Both the position numbers and the translations under genes were made by a program. A stretch of DNA of 64,000 nucleotides from assembly GCF_018350175.1 (NCBI RefSeq), contig NC_058370.1:95170001-95234000 (forward strand). The letters run 5' to 3'. The notes under the pieces are model-generated. The model did no database searches, was not told the DNA's origin, and was given only the letters and a program-made list of their open reading frames with translations. Of the stretch, positions 1 to 10,350 are shown piece by piece. The first letter of the stretch is position 1; each line of letters opens with the position of its first letter. The DNA comes from Felis catus. Taxonomy: Eukaryota.

Positions 1-285
1 TGTTAATATTTAAAGATGTTTGTATCTATATTGATATGTAAATTAGAATAAATTTACTTTCCTGTACTTCTCTCTCTTTTTCTCTCTTTTACTGTGATTT
101 ATATCTCTCAGACAAGGGGTAGAAAAACATTTTTTTATAAAGAGCGAGAAATAATTTAAGTTTTGTGGACTAAGAGGGAAAATCAAGGTTATTATATAGG
201 TACTTATACAACCATTTTAAAAATGTAAAAAACATTCTTAGCTTGTGGGCACTATAAAACAAGTGGCTCGGGGCAGGGTGGGAGT

Positions 286-418
286 GGTGCCTGGGTGGCT
301 CAGTTGGCTAAGCATCTGGCTCTTGATTTCCGCTCAGGTCAAGATCCTACAGTTGTGGGATTGAGTCCCACATGGGGCTCCGTGCTGAGTGTGGAGTCTG
401 CTTGAGATTCTCTCTCTC

Positions 419-465
<47 letters not shown>

Positions 466-538
466 GTCCCTCTCTTTGTCCCTCTACCCCACTTGCTTGC
501 TCTCTCTGTCTCTCTCTAAAACAAAACAAAACAAAAAC
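286..538 (+). mobile_element. CAN-SINE (older SINEC) inserted into a MER58-like hAT remnant
   Basis: GGTGCCTGGGTGGCTCAGTTGG head, (CT)n segment and AAAAC tail; TSD AAAACAAGTGGC at 256-267 and 534-545. Confidence 0.92.
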
Positions 539-1559
539 AAGTGGCAGGCAGGATTTGGCCCATTGGGTATACTTATTCCTATTTTAGGGGACTGTCCCTA
601 AGATATAGGGCCATTCCTTTGGTTAGAAAAATCAGTTAATTTCAGCCAGAGGCAGGCTGATGTGCCAAACTAGGCATTTAGAATGGCAAGTAACCTACTC
701 TGTGTTTATGTTGGTATGTGATGAGTGACATGGGTCTAGCCATTGTTATTAAATGGCCATTACCCCTGTAAAGTCTCCAGAGACCAGGGGATACAGCATT
801 CCCTTTACAAAGAAAAGTAACCTCATTTCCTCATTCACCACATTTTGAAAAGAGAAACAGATATTTATATGTGAAAATATATTCTTTTTCTATCTGATTG
901 ACTTGTAATTTGAAAAATATTTTCAATGGGAGAAAAGTAATCTTGAGGTTAGAGCTGTGTTTTGGGAAGAAGACCTCTCAAATGCTTTTGACACTCAAAC
1001 AGTGTCAAAGAAGACTTTTGCAGTATTCAAGGGTGACCGGCCACAGGAACTTTGCAAGGGCTCTTTGTCCCTTAGTTGTTTCTGCCAGGGAGAGGAAGTG
1101 AGGGCAGGACTGAACCTGGTAGCAGGTACCCAGGGAAAGTGTGGTGGCCCGAGACAAATATAGTGTCTGACTACAGTATATAAAAGGAGCAGATGGGCAA
1201 ATGGGCATGTTTCATTCTCTTTTCCTGCCTTCATTAACTTGACTTCAGTGTTTTCTTCTTCTTTCCCTGCTATTACCCTCTGTGAAACAAGGTGAAAAGA
1301 CAGAAATTGAGGTGGAATTTTGTGTGTGTGTGACAGACAGTCCTAATGGGCCGGACTTCCTTATAATGTCCATTCTACTCATAATCACCATGGCTATCTT
1401 GTCCAGGATAGGAAATTACCAGATGGCAGTCATTCAGAGAAGCGCAGACAAAAGATGAATTTCAAAGTTCACATTGACCTGATGAATCAGTTTGACTCTT
1501 AGACATGTGACAAACTTGGGGGATTTCAAAGAACCCTGGAGAATCTCAGCAGTTTAAAA

Positions 1560-1722
1560 TCTTATATGGGGAACACAAATCCCTCTGAGGTACTGATAAG
1601 ACCTAAAGATGGCCTTCCTCACACAAATGTAAAAAAAACATAACACACTTTCAAACATATTACATACAATTTCAGGGTTTCATGGACTTCCTTTGAACTT
1701 TCATTTTTGGAACCCAGGTTGG
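1560..1722. mobile_element. hAT-Charlie-type MITE remnant (family uncertain)
   Basis: Resembles the recalled consensus ...GAGAATCTGATGAAAGC...CATACAATTTCAGGGGTTCATGGAC...CCCAGGTT. Confidence 0.55.
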
Positions 1723-2034
1723 CTATGTCTGGTCTGGTTTAATTCTCTAAATGGTCCAAGAAAGTTAAGACATGTGCCCAGGCAAGGCCTTCTCTTAGTT
1801 CAGATAAGGAGATAATGCTGTCTAATATGAGTTATTTTGAATTGCTGCACTTAGTATTAACTAGAGAAATGTTTTTTCACTTCATAAAATTCATACAACT
1901 TACACTTGCCCACATTTAAGTTTTTATTTGTATATACAACTATAATACAGAATTCAACCCACAGTTTTAGGCACCTCAGAAAGGATTTAAAGGTAGTATT
2001 TTCTCTTTTTTAAGCACCAACTTATAAAAACAAC

Positions 2035-2228
2035 TTTTATTTTTTAGTGTTTTATTTATTTTTAAGAGACAGCAAGCAGGGGAGGGGCAGAGAGAGGGGG
2101 ACAGAGGATAGGAAGTGGGCTCTTTGCTGACAGCAGGGAGCTGATGTGGAGCTTGAACTTAGGAACCCTGAGATCATGACCTGAGCCAAAGTTCAGATGC
2201 TCAACTGACTGAGCCACTCAGGCACCCC
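2035..2228 (-). mobile_element. CAN-SINE
   Basis: Reverse-complement SINE head ending GGCACCCC at 2228; TSD TAAAAACAA(C/T)TTTT. Confidence 0.92.
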
Positions 2229-2257
2229 TAAAAACAATTTTTAAACAGAGAAAAATT

Positions 2258-2440
2258 GGGGCGCCTGGGTGGCTCAGTCGGTTAAGTGTCTGACTTCAGC
2301 TCAGGTCATGATCTTGTGGTTCATGGGTTCCAGGCCTGCGTCAGGCTCTGTGCTGACAGCTCAGCCTGGAGCCTCCTTCAGATTCTGTGTCTCCCACACT
2401 TGCTCTCTCTCTCTCAAAAATAAATAAACATTAAAAAAAA
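2258..2440 (+). mobile_element. CAN-SINE (SINEC_Fc type)
   Basis: GGGGCGCCTGGGTGGCTCAGTCGGTTAAG head and A-rich tail; TSD TTAAACA(G/C)AGAAAA. Confidence 0.95.
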
Positions 2441-4975
2441 TTTAAACACAGAAAAGTAATAGAGATGTCCTAGAAGCTTTCGTATACATTACATTTACCA
2501 AAAGCAAGAAAAGATATGTTCATATTTGGTGACACTAATTAATGGTTTCTTAAATACAATGTAATTGATTTTTTATATTTCACCTTTTGGGAGATCCAAA
2601 AATGCTTTATGTGTGTAAAAGTCTCTGAATTGTAGCTAAACAAAGAAAGAATAAAAGAAAGCAGCTTTCCACAGAATTCAAATTTAAGGAAAGTTGGACA
2701 AATGTTGTCCATGGGCTTAAGTGCGTGCATAGGTGAAATCAGTAACAGTTCTGAAATGGCTACATTTCAAGGCAAAACAGACACTATTTAGTCTGAAATG
2801 ATACATTCCCAAATTTATGATATCCAGTAGAGCTGGAAGACCCAATTTAAGCAATTTAAACGGTACAATAAGAACTGTAAAGTACTTTCTCTTCTTTCTT
2901 GTTTACTCCATCATTTTAATGGGAATCTAAAATTAATTAGAACGATGTCACCAAATCCTTTACTTTTAAAATTCCTCCATTTAAGAGGAAAAGACTTTCT
3001 TTGGGACTTATAGTGCTGCAAGTGAGAGAATAAATTATTTTCTAGTTTAGTGGCATGAAGTTTGTATTTAGCATTAGCTGTTTGCCAAATTTCTAAAGGG
3101 TATATCCTTAGGATATGTTGAAAATAATTCTCTATGCTTAAATTTACACATAAAATAAAAATAAACAAGGAACTTTTCAAAGAGGTTAGTTTAATGCCCT
3201 GTTGCTTGCCTTCCTTTAAATGTACTCGCAGCAGGAAGATTTTCTTTTTTCCTGTAATTTTGCAGCGGAGGAAATTTCTTCTCTTCCCCCACAAATGCCT
3301 GGTGGTAATACTTGTCTTCCTTCATGGGCTGGATGCCTAAGCACTTAATTGTTCATTCTCTACAGAAGAATCACTTTGCCTAACAATGAAATGCAACTAC
3401 CTCTAGGGTAAAATGTAGCAGCTGTTGGAAGGCATAAACTCAACTGCACACCAGTGTGGGGCCTGGCAGGAAAAATGCAAACTCAGTTGCCGGGGAGGGA
3501 AGGGATTGGTGGTCTACACGCAGTGGGTCTTTACTTCTAGCAAACCTGGCTTTGCCCCCACAGCCATTCTCACTCAGCTCAAATCACCCTGTCATAACTT
3601 GGTGTTTCCTTCCTCCTCTGATCTTCACAGGGTTAGTCTTTGTCTTTTCTGCCAGTTTCCCTCCCTCTTTTCCAGTTAATTCCCCTAATTGTCTGCTATT
3701 GTGTTCAGTAATTTGCGATTTCAAGTCAGCTGTCAACCAGAGTTTTCTGTTCCATCTCTGGAATTAATCTTGACATTTTGGTCCCTCTGTGCGAGGTGAG
3801 GGAAGTTCTTTAATATGCTGAGAGAAGAAAGAGGTGCTGAGGGAAACCGCTGGGCTGCCTTGGGCTGGCAGCTCTGTGTGGATGGAGGCCTGGGATAGAA
3901 TGTAGGCTCGCAGAGCTTTCTAGTTAATTTGATTTAGTCATACGACCTTTGTGACTCAGCCAATTGCAGGAAAAATTAGCCACACATTCCCAGGCTGGAG
4001 GCTTTTTACCAGTGTGTCCAGTTAACAGCAGTGAAATCTCTACCATGGGTAAGAATGCAGGGCTTCTCTTAAATTCACCTTTTCCAGAAAGCCCTCTTAA
4101 GCCTCCTCAGTATAAATTTCCTTCTCTCTTCTCAGCACTTCTGTGAATTCCATTCTTTATACTTGGCAACTCATCACACATAACCTTGTAATCCTGTGGC
4201 ATTCCTTCTATTAAACCCTGCAGGAGAATCCTGCATGTGAAGAATGGCTTACCCTCTTATCTCCTAAATTTCACTTACATCTTTTTTTTTTTTTTCCACC
4301 TGCAAAATGCTTTATTATTTCCATTTGATCCACAGCTTGGGCAAGGGCTCCAGGGTGGTTAAAAAGCTGCCTGGTAGCTGCAGGGAGGGATTAGGCAGAA
4401 GCTCAGACACCAAGAAGATACCAGAGAGACCTTCTAAGGCTCCTAGTTGTGCTTGTGGATGAGCCTTTCAGGGAGATCCTCGCCCAGCCCACAGCCTGTG
4501 GAAGTAAGTCAGGTGGTCACCATCTTCTAGATGAGTTTCCCCTCCTTATCTAAGAAGTGGTTCTCCAGGCACTCAGGGAGTCTGCACAGGCAGAAACCAA
4601 GGCATGCAGATCCGAAAGGGCTTCGTTCAGTTTCTTCTCTAGATCCGTGTTGGCTTCCGTGGTGTCCACTCATCTTGGGATGGTTTCTGCATGTCCTGGA
4701 AGACAGTGGGCTGCCACCACTGGTTTTTCATCTTAAAGAGATGCTGGGCACTCTGGCTCGAAGTGGCCCACAACCTCCACAGCCGCATCATGGTAGTAGA
4801 CGTAGAAGTCCAGAAAGAGGTAGGTGTAGGAGGCTCATAGATGCATGTTGACCAGGTAGTTGATGGTGGCTTCTATCTCTGTGGAACAATTCTGATGAAT
4901 CTGGGAGCTCATGGGGGGTAGGCAGTAAGGAGCTAAGCTTAAAGTATGGTGTGGACTGGTCCCCAAGGGTGGTAG

Positions 4976-5728
4976 TGATGAGGTTTTGGGGTGATAGTGG
5001 GGTGGTTCGGAGCCGACAGCCAAGAAAGAATTCTTAAAGACATCTTTGGTGCAAAAAGGTGATTTTATTAAAGCATGGGGACAGAACTCATGGGCAGAAG
5101 GAGTTGCACCGGGGTTGTGACTTGTAACTGATTATATACCCTCAGGTTGGGAGGGTGTCAGAGATAGAGTAAGTCTCTTAGGTATTTTGGAAGCAAGGTT
5201 TGGAAGACCTTGAGGGGCTAGCTGTGTTAGGAAAACACTGTTACTATTTGGTAAAACCTCAGTCGTGAGACCCTTCAGATGTATATCAGGGGGCCATAAG
5301 CTTGGAGTATGATTGCCAGCATATCTCCTAGGGGAGTTGAGATAAAGGAAGTTTCCAAAGGAATTTTTATATGTTAAAGTAGATTCACTGGTCCCTGGGG
5401 CTGGGGGGTGGGAGGGGAGGGTCAGGATAATGTTAAGCCAAGATTCCCTTTTGCCCCTAACAAAGTGTTATCATCCAGGCAGCTGAGATCCTAGAGGAAG
5501 GTCACTATGCCTGTTTGAAGGACTTGTCACTGGGCTGAGGGCAGTAAGAGAATTTAATTTTGTGTTTGCTTTAGTTTCCCACATTACCATGACAAACACT
5601 TAAACTCCTTTCCTTTGTTCTTGGGTAGCCAGGAGTGTCTGAGGAATATCACACCTATTCTACTGGAAGGTGGAGGGAGTGCTGTTAGCCTGTACTTTGC
5701 ACTCAGCTTGCTTTATGCTCTCTCATCA
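4976..5728 (-). mobile_element. Carnivore ERV1-type solo LTR (about 750 bp) inserted into the FTL retrocopy 5'UTR
   Basis: Terminal inverted repeats TGATGAG (4976) and CTCATCA (5728). 4-bp near-TSD on the - strand (CAAC/CTAC). Minus-strand AATAAA at 5064-5069 and TATA-like GTATATAAT at 5131-5139. FTL 5'UTR sequence resumes on both sides. Exact family not assigned. Confidence 0.88.
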
Positions 5729-5759
5729 GTTGGAGTCTGGAAGAAGGGGTGTCCCTGGG

Positions 5760-5794
5760 TCTGTTCAATCCAAACATTGAAGCAAGAAAAAGAC
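5760..5794 (-). promoter_or_regulatory. Degenerate ferritin-L iron-responsive element (IRE) carried by the retrocopy; 3 nt (CAG) missing from the loop
   Basis: Minus strand reads GTCTTTTTCTTGCTTCAA---TGTTTGGATTGAACAGA versus the canonical FTL IRE GTCTCTTGCTTCAACAGTGTTTGGACGGAACAGA. It is followed by CCCAGGGAC..CTTCCAGACTCCAAC, matching the FTL 5'UTR. Confidence 0.88.
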
Positions 5795-5948
5795 TGGGGA
5801 CCCTTGTATGCCCCCTTTTTTTTAACTTGATGGTTGCCAACACTACCATGGCTGTGTACAGGACCGCATTCCCTTTACCCCTTACCCCCCTGCCATCTTC
5901 CTCCATTTCTTCCTCTACCAATCATAAGCAGCCTTTTTCTTTATTTTT

Positions 5949-6007
5949 TCCTTCCTTCCTTCCTTCCTTCCTTCCTTCCTTCCTTCCTTCCTTCCTTCCT
6001 TCCTTCC
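5949..6007. repeat. (TTCC)n tetranucleotide microsatellite
   Basis: About 14 perfect units read directly. Confidence 0.97.
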
Positions 6008-6122
6008 GCACAGTGAATTAAATAAACACTAATGGAGAACAGCAAGATAATATGAGGGGAAAAAAAAAAGACTTTCCAAAATTTGAGCCAATCACACACT
6101 GCTTTAAAAAAAAAAATGCTTA

Positions 6123-6366
6123 GGGGCGCCTGGGTGGCGCAGTCGGTTAAGTGTCCGACTTCAGCCAAGTCACGATCTCGCGGTCCGGGAGTTCGAGCCC
6201 CGCGTCAGGCTCTGGGCTGATGGCTCGGAGCCTGGAGCCTGTTTCTGATTCTGTGTCTCCCTCTCTCTCTGCCCCTCCCCCGTTCATGCTCTGTCTCTCT
6301 CTGTCCCAAAAATAAATAAACGTTGAAAAAAAATATTAAAAAATAAACAAAAATAAATAAAAATAA
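6123..6366 (+). mobile_element. Young feline CAN-SINE (SINEC_Fc)
   Basis: GGGGCGCCTGGGTGGCGCAGTCGGTTAAG head, retained CpGs, long AAAAT tail. Confidence 0.97.
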
Positions 6367-7379
6367 AAATGCCTCCACTTTATAGTTCCTGGCCTAAGTC
6401 CCTTGCTTTCTAACCTGCAAACAGAGATAAACAGCAGCGTGGAGCCCGAGCCCCCTCTTAGAGATAATGGACCCTTCTGAGATGGACACAGGAGAGCATG
6501 ATTTCTACCCTCAGCCTTTTTAGGATTTACCATTTTACTTACGATTTTGTGATTACAGTCCCGAGAGATAGGCCACTTCCCCAGGTAAGAAGTGTATCCC
6601 CCTGCCTAAAACCCACATAGACAGAACAAGCTTTTCTCAATGCATTTAATATAATTTGTTTATTCTCCCAACTGGATGATTTTTTTTAAACTTCTACAGC
6701 TCTATCACAGTGAAACTCCTACAGTAGTCACTAAATACTCATGAACTGTATATGGAATTCTTCTTTCAACATTTATTGAGTCTTTGTGCGTTTAATGGCA
6801 GTGATTGTCAAAAAGAAACATATTTTAAAGTTCTAATAATGTTAAGCAACTGTATTTTAGCTTTGTGATTACATTAGAGTGGAGATGCAATCTTTCTTCT
6901 GCACATATTGAAGTAAGTGAATGGAATACATCAGCGTTTATGTGGACAGGAATGTCACTTAGCAAACAGTGTGCCTGCTGATTGACGATGGCACCTACAT
7001 CTCCCTGTCTTCTCTCCTTTCCGGTGGCTAAGCCTGAGAAACACACACGGAAACAAAACTGGAGCTGGCTTTATGCTGCCAAATGTTGATATTCCTTCCG
7101 CAGGCTGGTTTTAAAGTCCTAGACATTCAAATACCTCTAAGTTAAAGTTGATTTATCCCCTCAACCTTAAGGGCTGCAGTGTTCCAGAGCAGTCATGACC
7201 ATACAAGCTTCTCTAGTTAACTTACTCCCCAGGTAATTGATTTGATCACATGGCTTTATGTATCGGCTCTACAAGGCAACTCTATTTATATCTATGGCCT
7301 GTATCTCTCCCTAGAACTACAGACTCCTATATTCAACAGTTTACTAGAAAACTGTATTGGGATAACTGATAGACTTCTT

Positions 7380-7603
7380 TTTTTTTAATTTATTTTTTTA
7401 ACATTTATTTATTTTTGAGACAGAGAGAGACAGAGCATGAACAGGGGGAGGGTCAGAGAGAGAGGGAGACACAGAATCTGAAACAGGCTCCAGGCTCTGA
7501 GCTGTCAGCACAGAGCCTAACACGGGGCTTGAACTCATGGAGCGCGAGGTCATGACCTGAGCCGAAGTTGGACGCTTAACCGACTGAGCCACCCAGGCGC
7601 CCC
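7380..7603 (-). mobile_element. Feline CAN-SINE
   Basis: Full length; perfect TSD TAGACTTCTT at 7370-7379 and 7604-7613. Confidence 0.97.
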
Positions 7604-7814
7604 TAGACTTCTTAAGCTTAATATGTTTAAAACCATATTCTGGGTTTTTGCCCCAAACCTGGTCATCTTCCTCCAGTTTGCTTTATCGTAGTTCCAATTT
7701 CTCAGATCATATTTGGAGTTATATTACACTATTCTCTCTAATACCCCACATCCCTTCTGTCTCAAACTCTGTTGGCTTTACTTTCAAAATATATCCAGAA
7801 TTTATATGCAAAAT

Positions 7815-8098
7815 ATGATGGATTCACACTTGGCATTTATGGAGCAATGAAAATAAACCAATATATCTATAGTAGCAGTATGGATAAATCTCACAAAATA
7901 CAATATTGAAAGAAGCCAGATACATAGGTACATAACCTATATATTTTATTTGTATAAAGTACAAAAACAGGCAAAACTAACCTATGCTATCAGATTGCCC
8001 TTGAAGGTTAGTGACTGGAAGGGGTTTCCAGATGTTTAGTTTGTGGTAATTTATCAAGCTGTATGTGATATGTATACTTCTCTATATGATACTTTAGT
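7815..8098 (+). mobile_element. Old L1M (L1ME/MC-like) 3' end fragment
   Basis: ATGGATAAATCTCACAAAATACAATATTGAAAGAAGCCAGA...AAAACAGGCAAAACTAACCTATG, typical of the L1M 3'UTR. Confidence 0.7.
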
Positions 8099-8102
8099 AT
8101 AT

Positions 8103-8571
8103 TGCAGGGGTGGAAAAGTGTTTCCTTCTTCCTATGGTCTTTTAGCTGTTAATTAAATTGACATAAAACAGATTAACAGAGAAAACAAATTTTGTATGTA
8201 TGGGAGTCTCCAATATAGTCAGGCAATTGAAGCTTACATGCCATCCTAAGTTAAGGAGAAGGGGCAGGAGGTCTGAGCCTTAAAAGGGAAGGAAAATAAT
8301 TCTCAGGAAGATGGGAAAGCCAAATGTTTGGTAAACAAATGTTTACTACACCTGTCCTAGACTTTTAGTGGTTATCTTTGGTAATAGTGCTCCCTCTCTA
8401 AATTCTTAGAGGAATTTAGGGGAGGTTAAAAACAAACAAACAAACAAACAAACAAAAACAAAAAACAAAAAACAACTCCTCCTGAATCTTTTGGGCCTTT
8501 ATTGTCTTTAGTTCAAAATAATCCACATGCCAAGGTGACACATTTGGGGAGGCTTGTTCTAAGCCCCTTCA
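8103..8571 (-). mobile_element. ERV1 solo LTR, MER34-like
   Basis: TG...CA termini (TGCAGGGG...CCCCTTCA), perfect 4-bp TSD ATAT (8099-8102 and 8572-8575), motif TTCAAAATAATCCACATGCCAA, internal (AAAC)n at about 8428-8474. Orientation inferred from the recalled consensus. Confidence 0.8.
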
Positions 8572-9106
8572 ATATGATATTTCTATAAAAATAATATGGG
8601 CAGGCACCGTTTCCTTTCTAGTCCAAACACCATCATTTCTTGACCAGATCCTGGAAGTGGCCTCCTGTCTGACTCCCTTGCTCTTGTACACTCTGGCTAC
8701 AGTGATCTTTTTAATATGTTACTCAGTTTATATCATTTTTGTTCAGAAGCCCCCAGGGCTTTCTGTTATTCTCAAACTAAAGCCAAAGGCCTTGCAAAGC
8801 CCCCATATGATCCATTGCCCCAAACTTTCTTAGTTGCACTTTGTCTTTTTCCCTTTCTCAGGGGGCCCCAGTCACCCTGGCCTGACATTCCTTAATGCTC
8901 ACCTCCACTCTGCCTCAGGACATTTCTGCTGTCTTGCTTCCTTACCTTAAGGGCTCCATCCCTGTACATACTCCTTCTGTTCTCTGCTCCAGCGTTTCCT
9001 TACCAGTGAGGCCTTCTGTGACCATCCTGTATACGGTATCACTCCTGCCACTTCCCAGCCGCCTTAATCTACCCATAGTTTTCTTACAGAAATATTGCCA
9101 TATGAC

Positions 9107-9110
<4 letters not shown>

Positions 9111-9152
<42 letters not shown>

Positions 9153-9353
9153 ATGTTTATTTATTTTTGAGAGAGACAGAGACAGAATGTGAGTGGGTTA
9201 GGGACAGAGAGAGAGGGAGACACAGAAACAGAAGCAGGCTCCAGGCTCTGAGCGGTCAGCACAGAGCCGATGCGGGGCTCGAACTCACGAGCTGTGAGAT
9301 CATGACCTGAGCTGAAGTCGGACGCTCAACCGACTGAGCCACCCAGGCACCCC
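9111..9353 (-). mobile_element. Feline CAN-SINE with (TA)n tail expansion (9111-9148)
   Basis: SINE head reverse complement ending at 9353; long (TA)n adjacent to the tail. Confidence 0.95.
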
Positions 9354-9613
9354 TATATTTTTAATTTGTTTATTATGTTTCTATCTTTCTAAAGTGTCTG
9401 ATCCATGAGGGTAAGGATTTGCGGTTTGTGTTCATCTAGCAGATTTCTTCCTGAATCTTTAGTGTCTGGAGGAGGCCTGGCACATAGCTGGACCTCTGTG
9501 AATATTTGCTGAATACATTAAAGCAAATGTGGGACAGGTGCTCTGTGTGAAAAGAGCTACAATACTTCAGTGTTCCCAGACCTGGTATTGCTAATGCTGT
9601 GAGTATATCCCAA

Positions 9614-9616
<3 letters not shown>

Positions 9617-9652
<36 letters not shown>
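9617..9652. repeat. Poly-A tract (about 36 nt) within an L1-like fragment
   Basis: Read directly; the flank GAGTATATCCCAAAG resembles the L1 motif GGGTATATACCCAAAGG. Confidence 0.85.
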
Positions 9653-9655
<3 letters not shown>

Positions 9656-10117
9656 AAATAGCAACTTGCATGATATTGTTGACATGCTCTATTCAGTTGT
9701 CTTACACAAATGCTTAACTAAAGGAAGAACTCAGCTAGATGCTTCTAAATGGGGGGCTAGGGATAGAAGATCTCCGACACCTGTGAGGAGTGTTTCTGTG
9801 CACATTCTCCAAGGAAATATATTGCTACTGATGGAAGACATCTTATCCCACTGTGTTGAAATATGAAAATATCTGAAAAGCACTAGCAAGTGTTTCTGTA
9901 TGATTTACTGCCTATGAAAAACAGATGACCATGTGACTTTGAAACCATATTTAAGTAGAAAAGCAGAACAGAGAACAACAAGTAAGCATGGATTGCTGTC
10001 TTTAATTTTATTCACTGAGATTAGCAGAGGTAGAAAGTATAATTTCATTGGGTTATAAGTTTTAGTTTTGGTCCTAAATACAGAGCCTCCGTTGGCATAT
10101 TTTCATTTGGAAAATTG

Positions 10118-10350
10118 TTTTTTTTAAATTTTCTTTTTTAACGTTTTTTTTTTTATTTATTTTTGAGACAGAGAGAGACAGAGCATGAATGGGGCAGGGG
10201 CAGAGAGAGAGGGAGACACAGAATCGGAAGCAGGCTCCAGGCTCCGAGCCATCAGCCCAGAGCCCGACGCGGGGCTCGAACTCACGGACCGCGAGATCGT
10301 GACCTGAGCTGAAGTCAGACGCTTAACTGACTGAGCCACCCAGGCGCCCC
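10118..10350 (-). mobile_element. Young feline CAN-SINE
   Basis: CpG-rich, full length; TSD TGGAAAATTGTTTTTT at 10108 and 10351. Confidence 0.97.

Larger units (their letters stand above)
4282..5812 (-). pseudogene. FTL: Processed pseudogene of ferritin light chain, near full length (5'UTR with IRE, CDS remnant 4443-4912, 3'UTR, poly-A), interrupted by a solo LTR at 4976-5728
   Basis: Minus-strand translation from ATG at 4912 gives MSSQIHQNCSTEIEATINYLVNMHL* (FTL: [26 protein letters not shown]). It continues ASYTYLFLDFY..VGHF, then after a frameshifting deletion LFKMKNQ..FQDMQKPSQDEW, LEKKLNEALSDLHAL, LENHFLDKEGKLI and ERLIHKHN* (stop 4443-4445). No introns; AATAAA at 4311-4316 and an A14 tail at 4282-4295. 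Premature TGA at 4835-4837. Confidence 0.97.
7640..9520 (+). mobile_element. L2 remnant fragmented by later L1, LTR and SINE insertions
   Basis: L2-like pyrimidine-rich body; 3' end GCCTGGCACATAG...GAATATTTGCTGAAT at about 9478-9512. Confidence 0.6.

Noticed and set aside
347-601. ORFs with (ER)n or (LS)n runs and other SINE-derived ORFs (e.g. 7398-7592, 10157-10384, 32358-32540, 55623-55847, 61066-61248)
   Set aside because: Translations of CAN-SINE bodies and microsatellites.
2911-3294. Longest gap-free ORF (127 aa, - strand)
   Set aside because: No recognisable domain, AT-rich composition and no splice context; this length is expected by chance in six frames.
4531-4851. 106-aa + strand ORF
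   Set aside because: It is the antisense shadow of the FTL pseudogene CDS, with no independent homology.
4265-5830. Target-site duplication for the FTL retrocopy
   Set aside because: The flanks (CACTTACATC-Tn and GCCCCC-Tn-AA) do not match convincingly, so no TSD is claimed.
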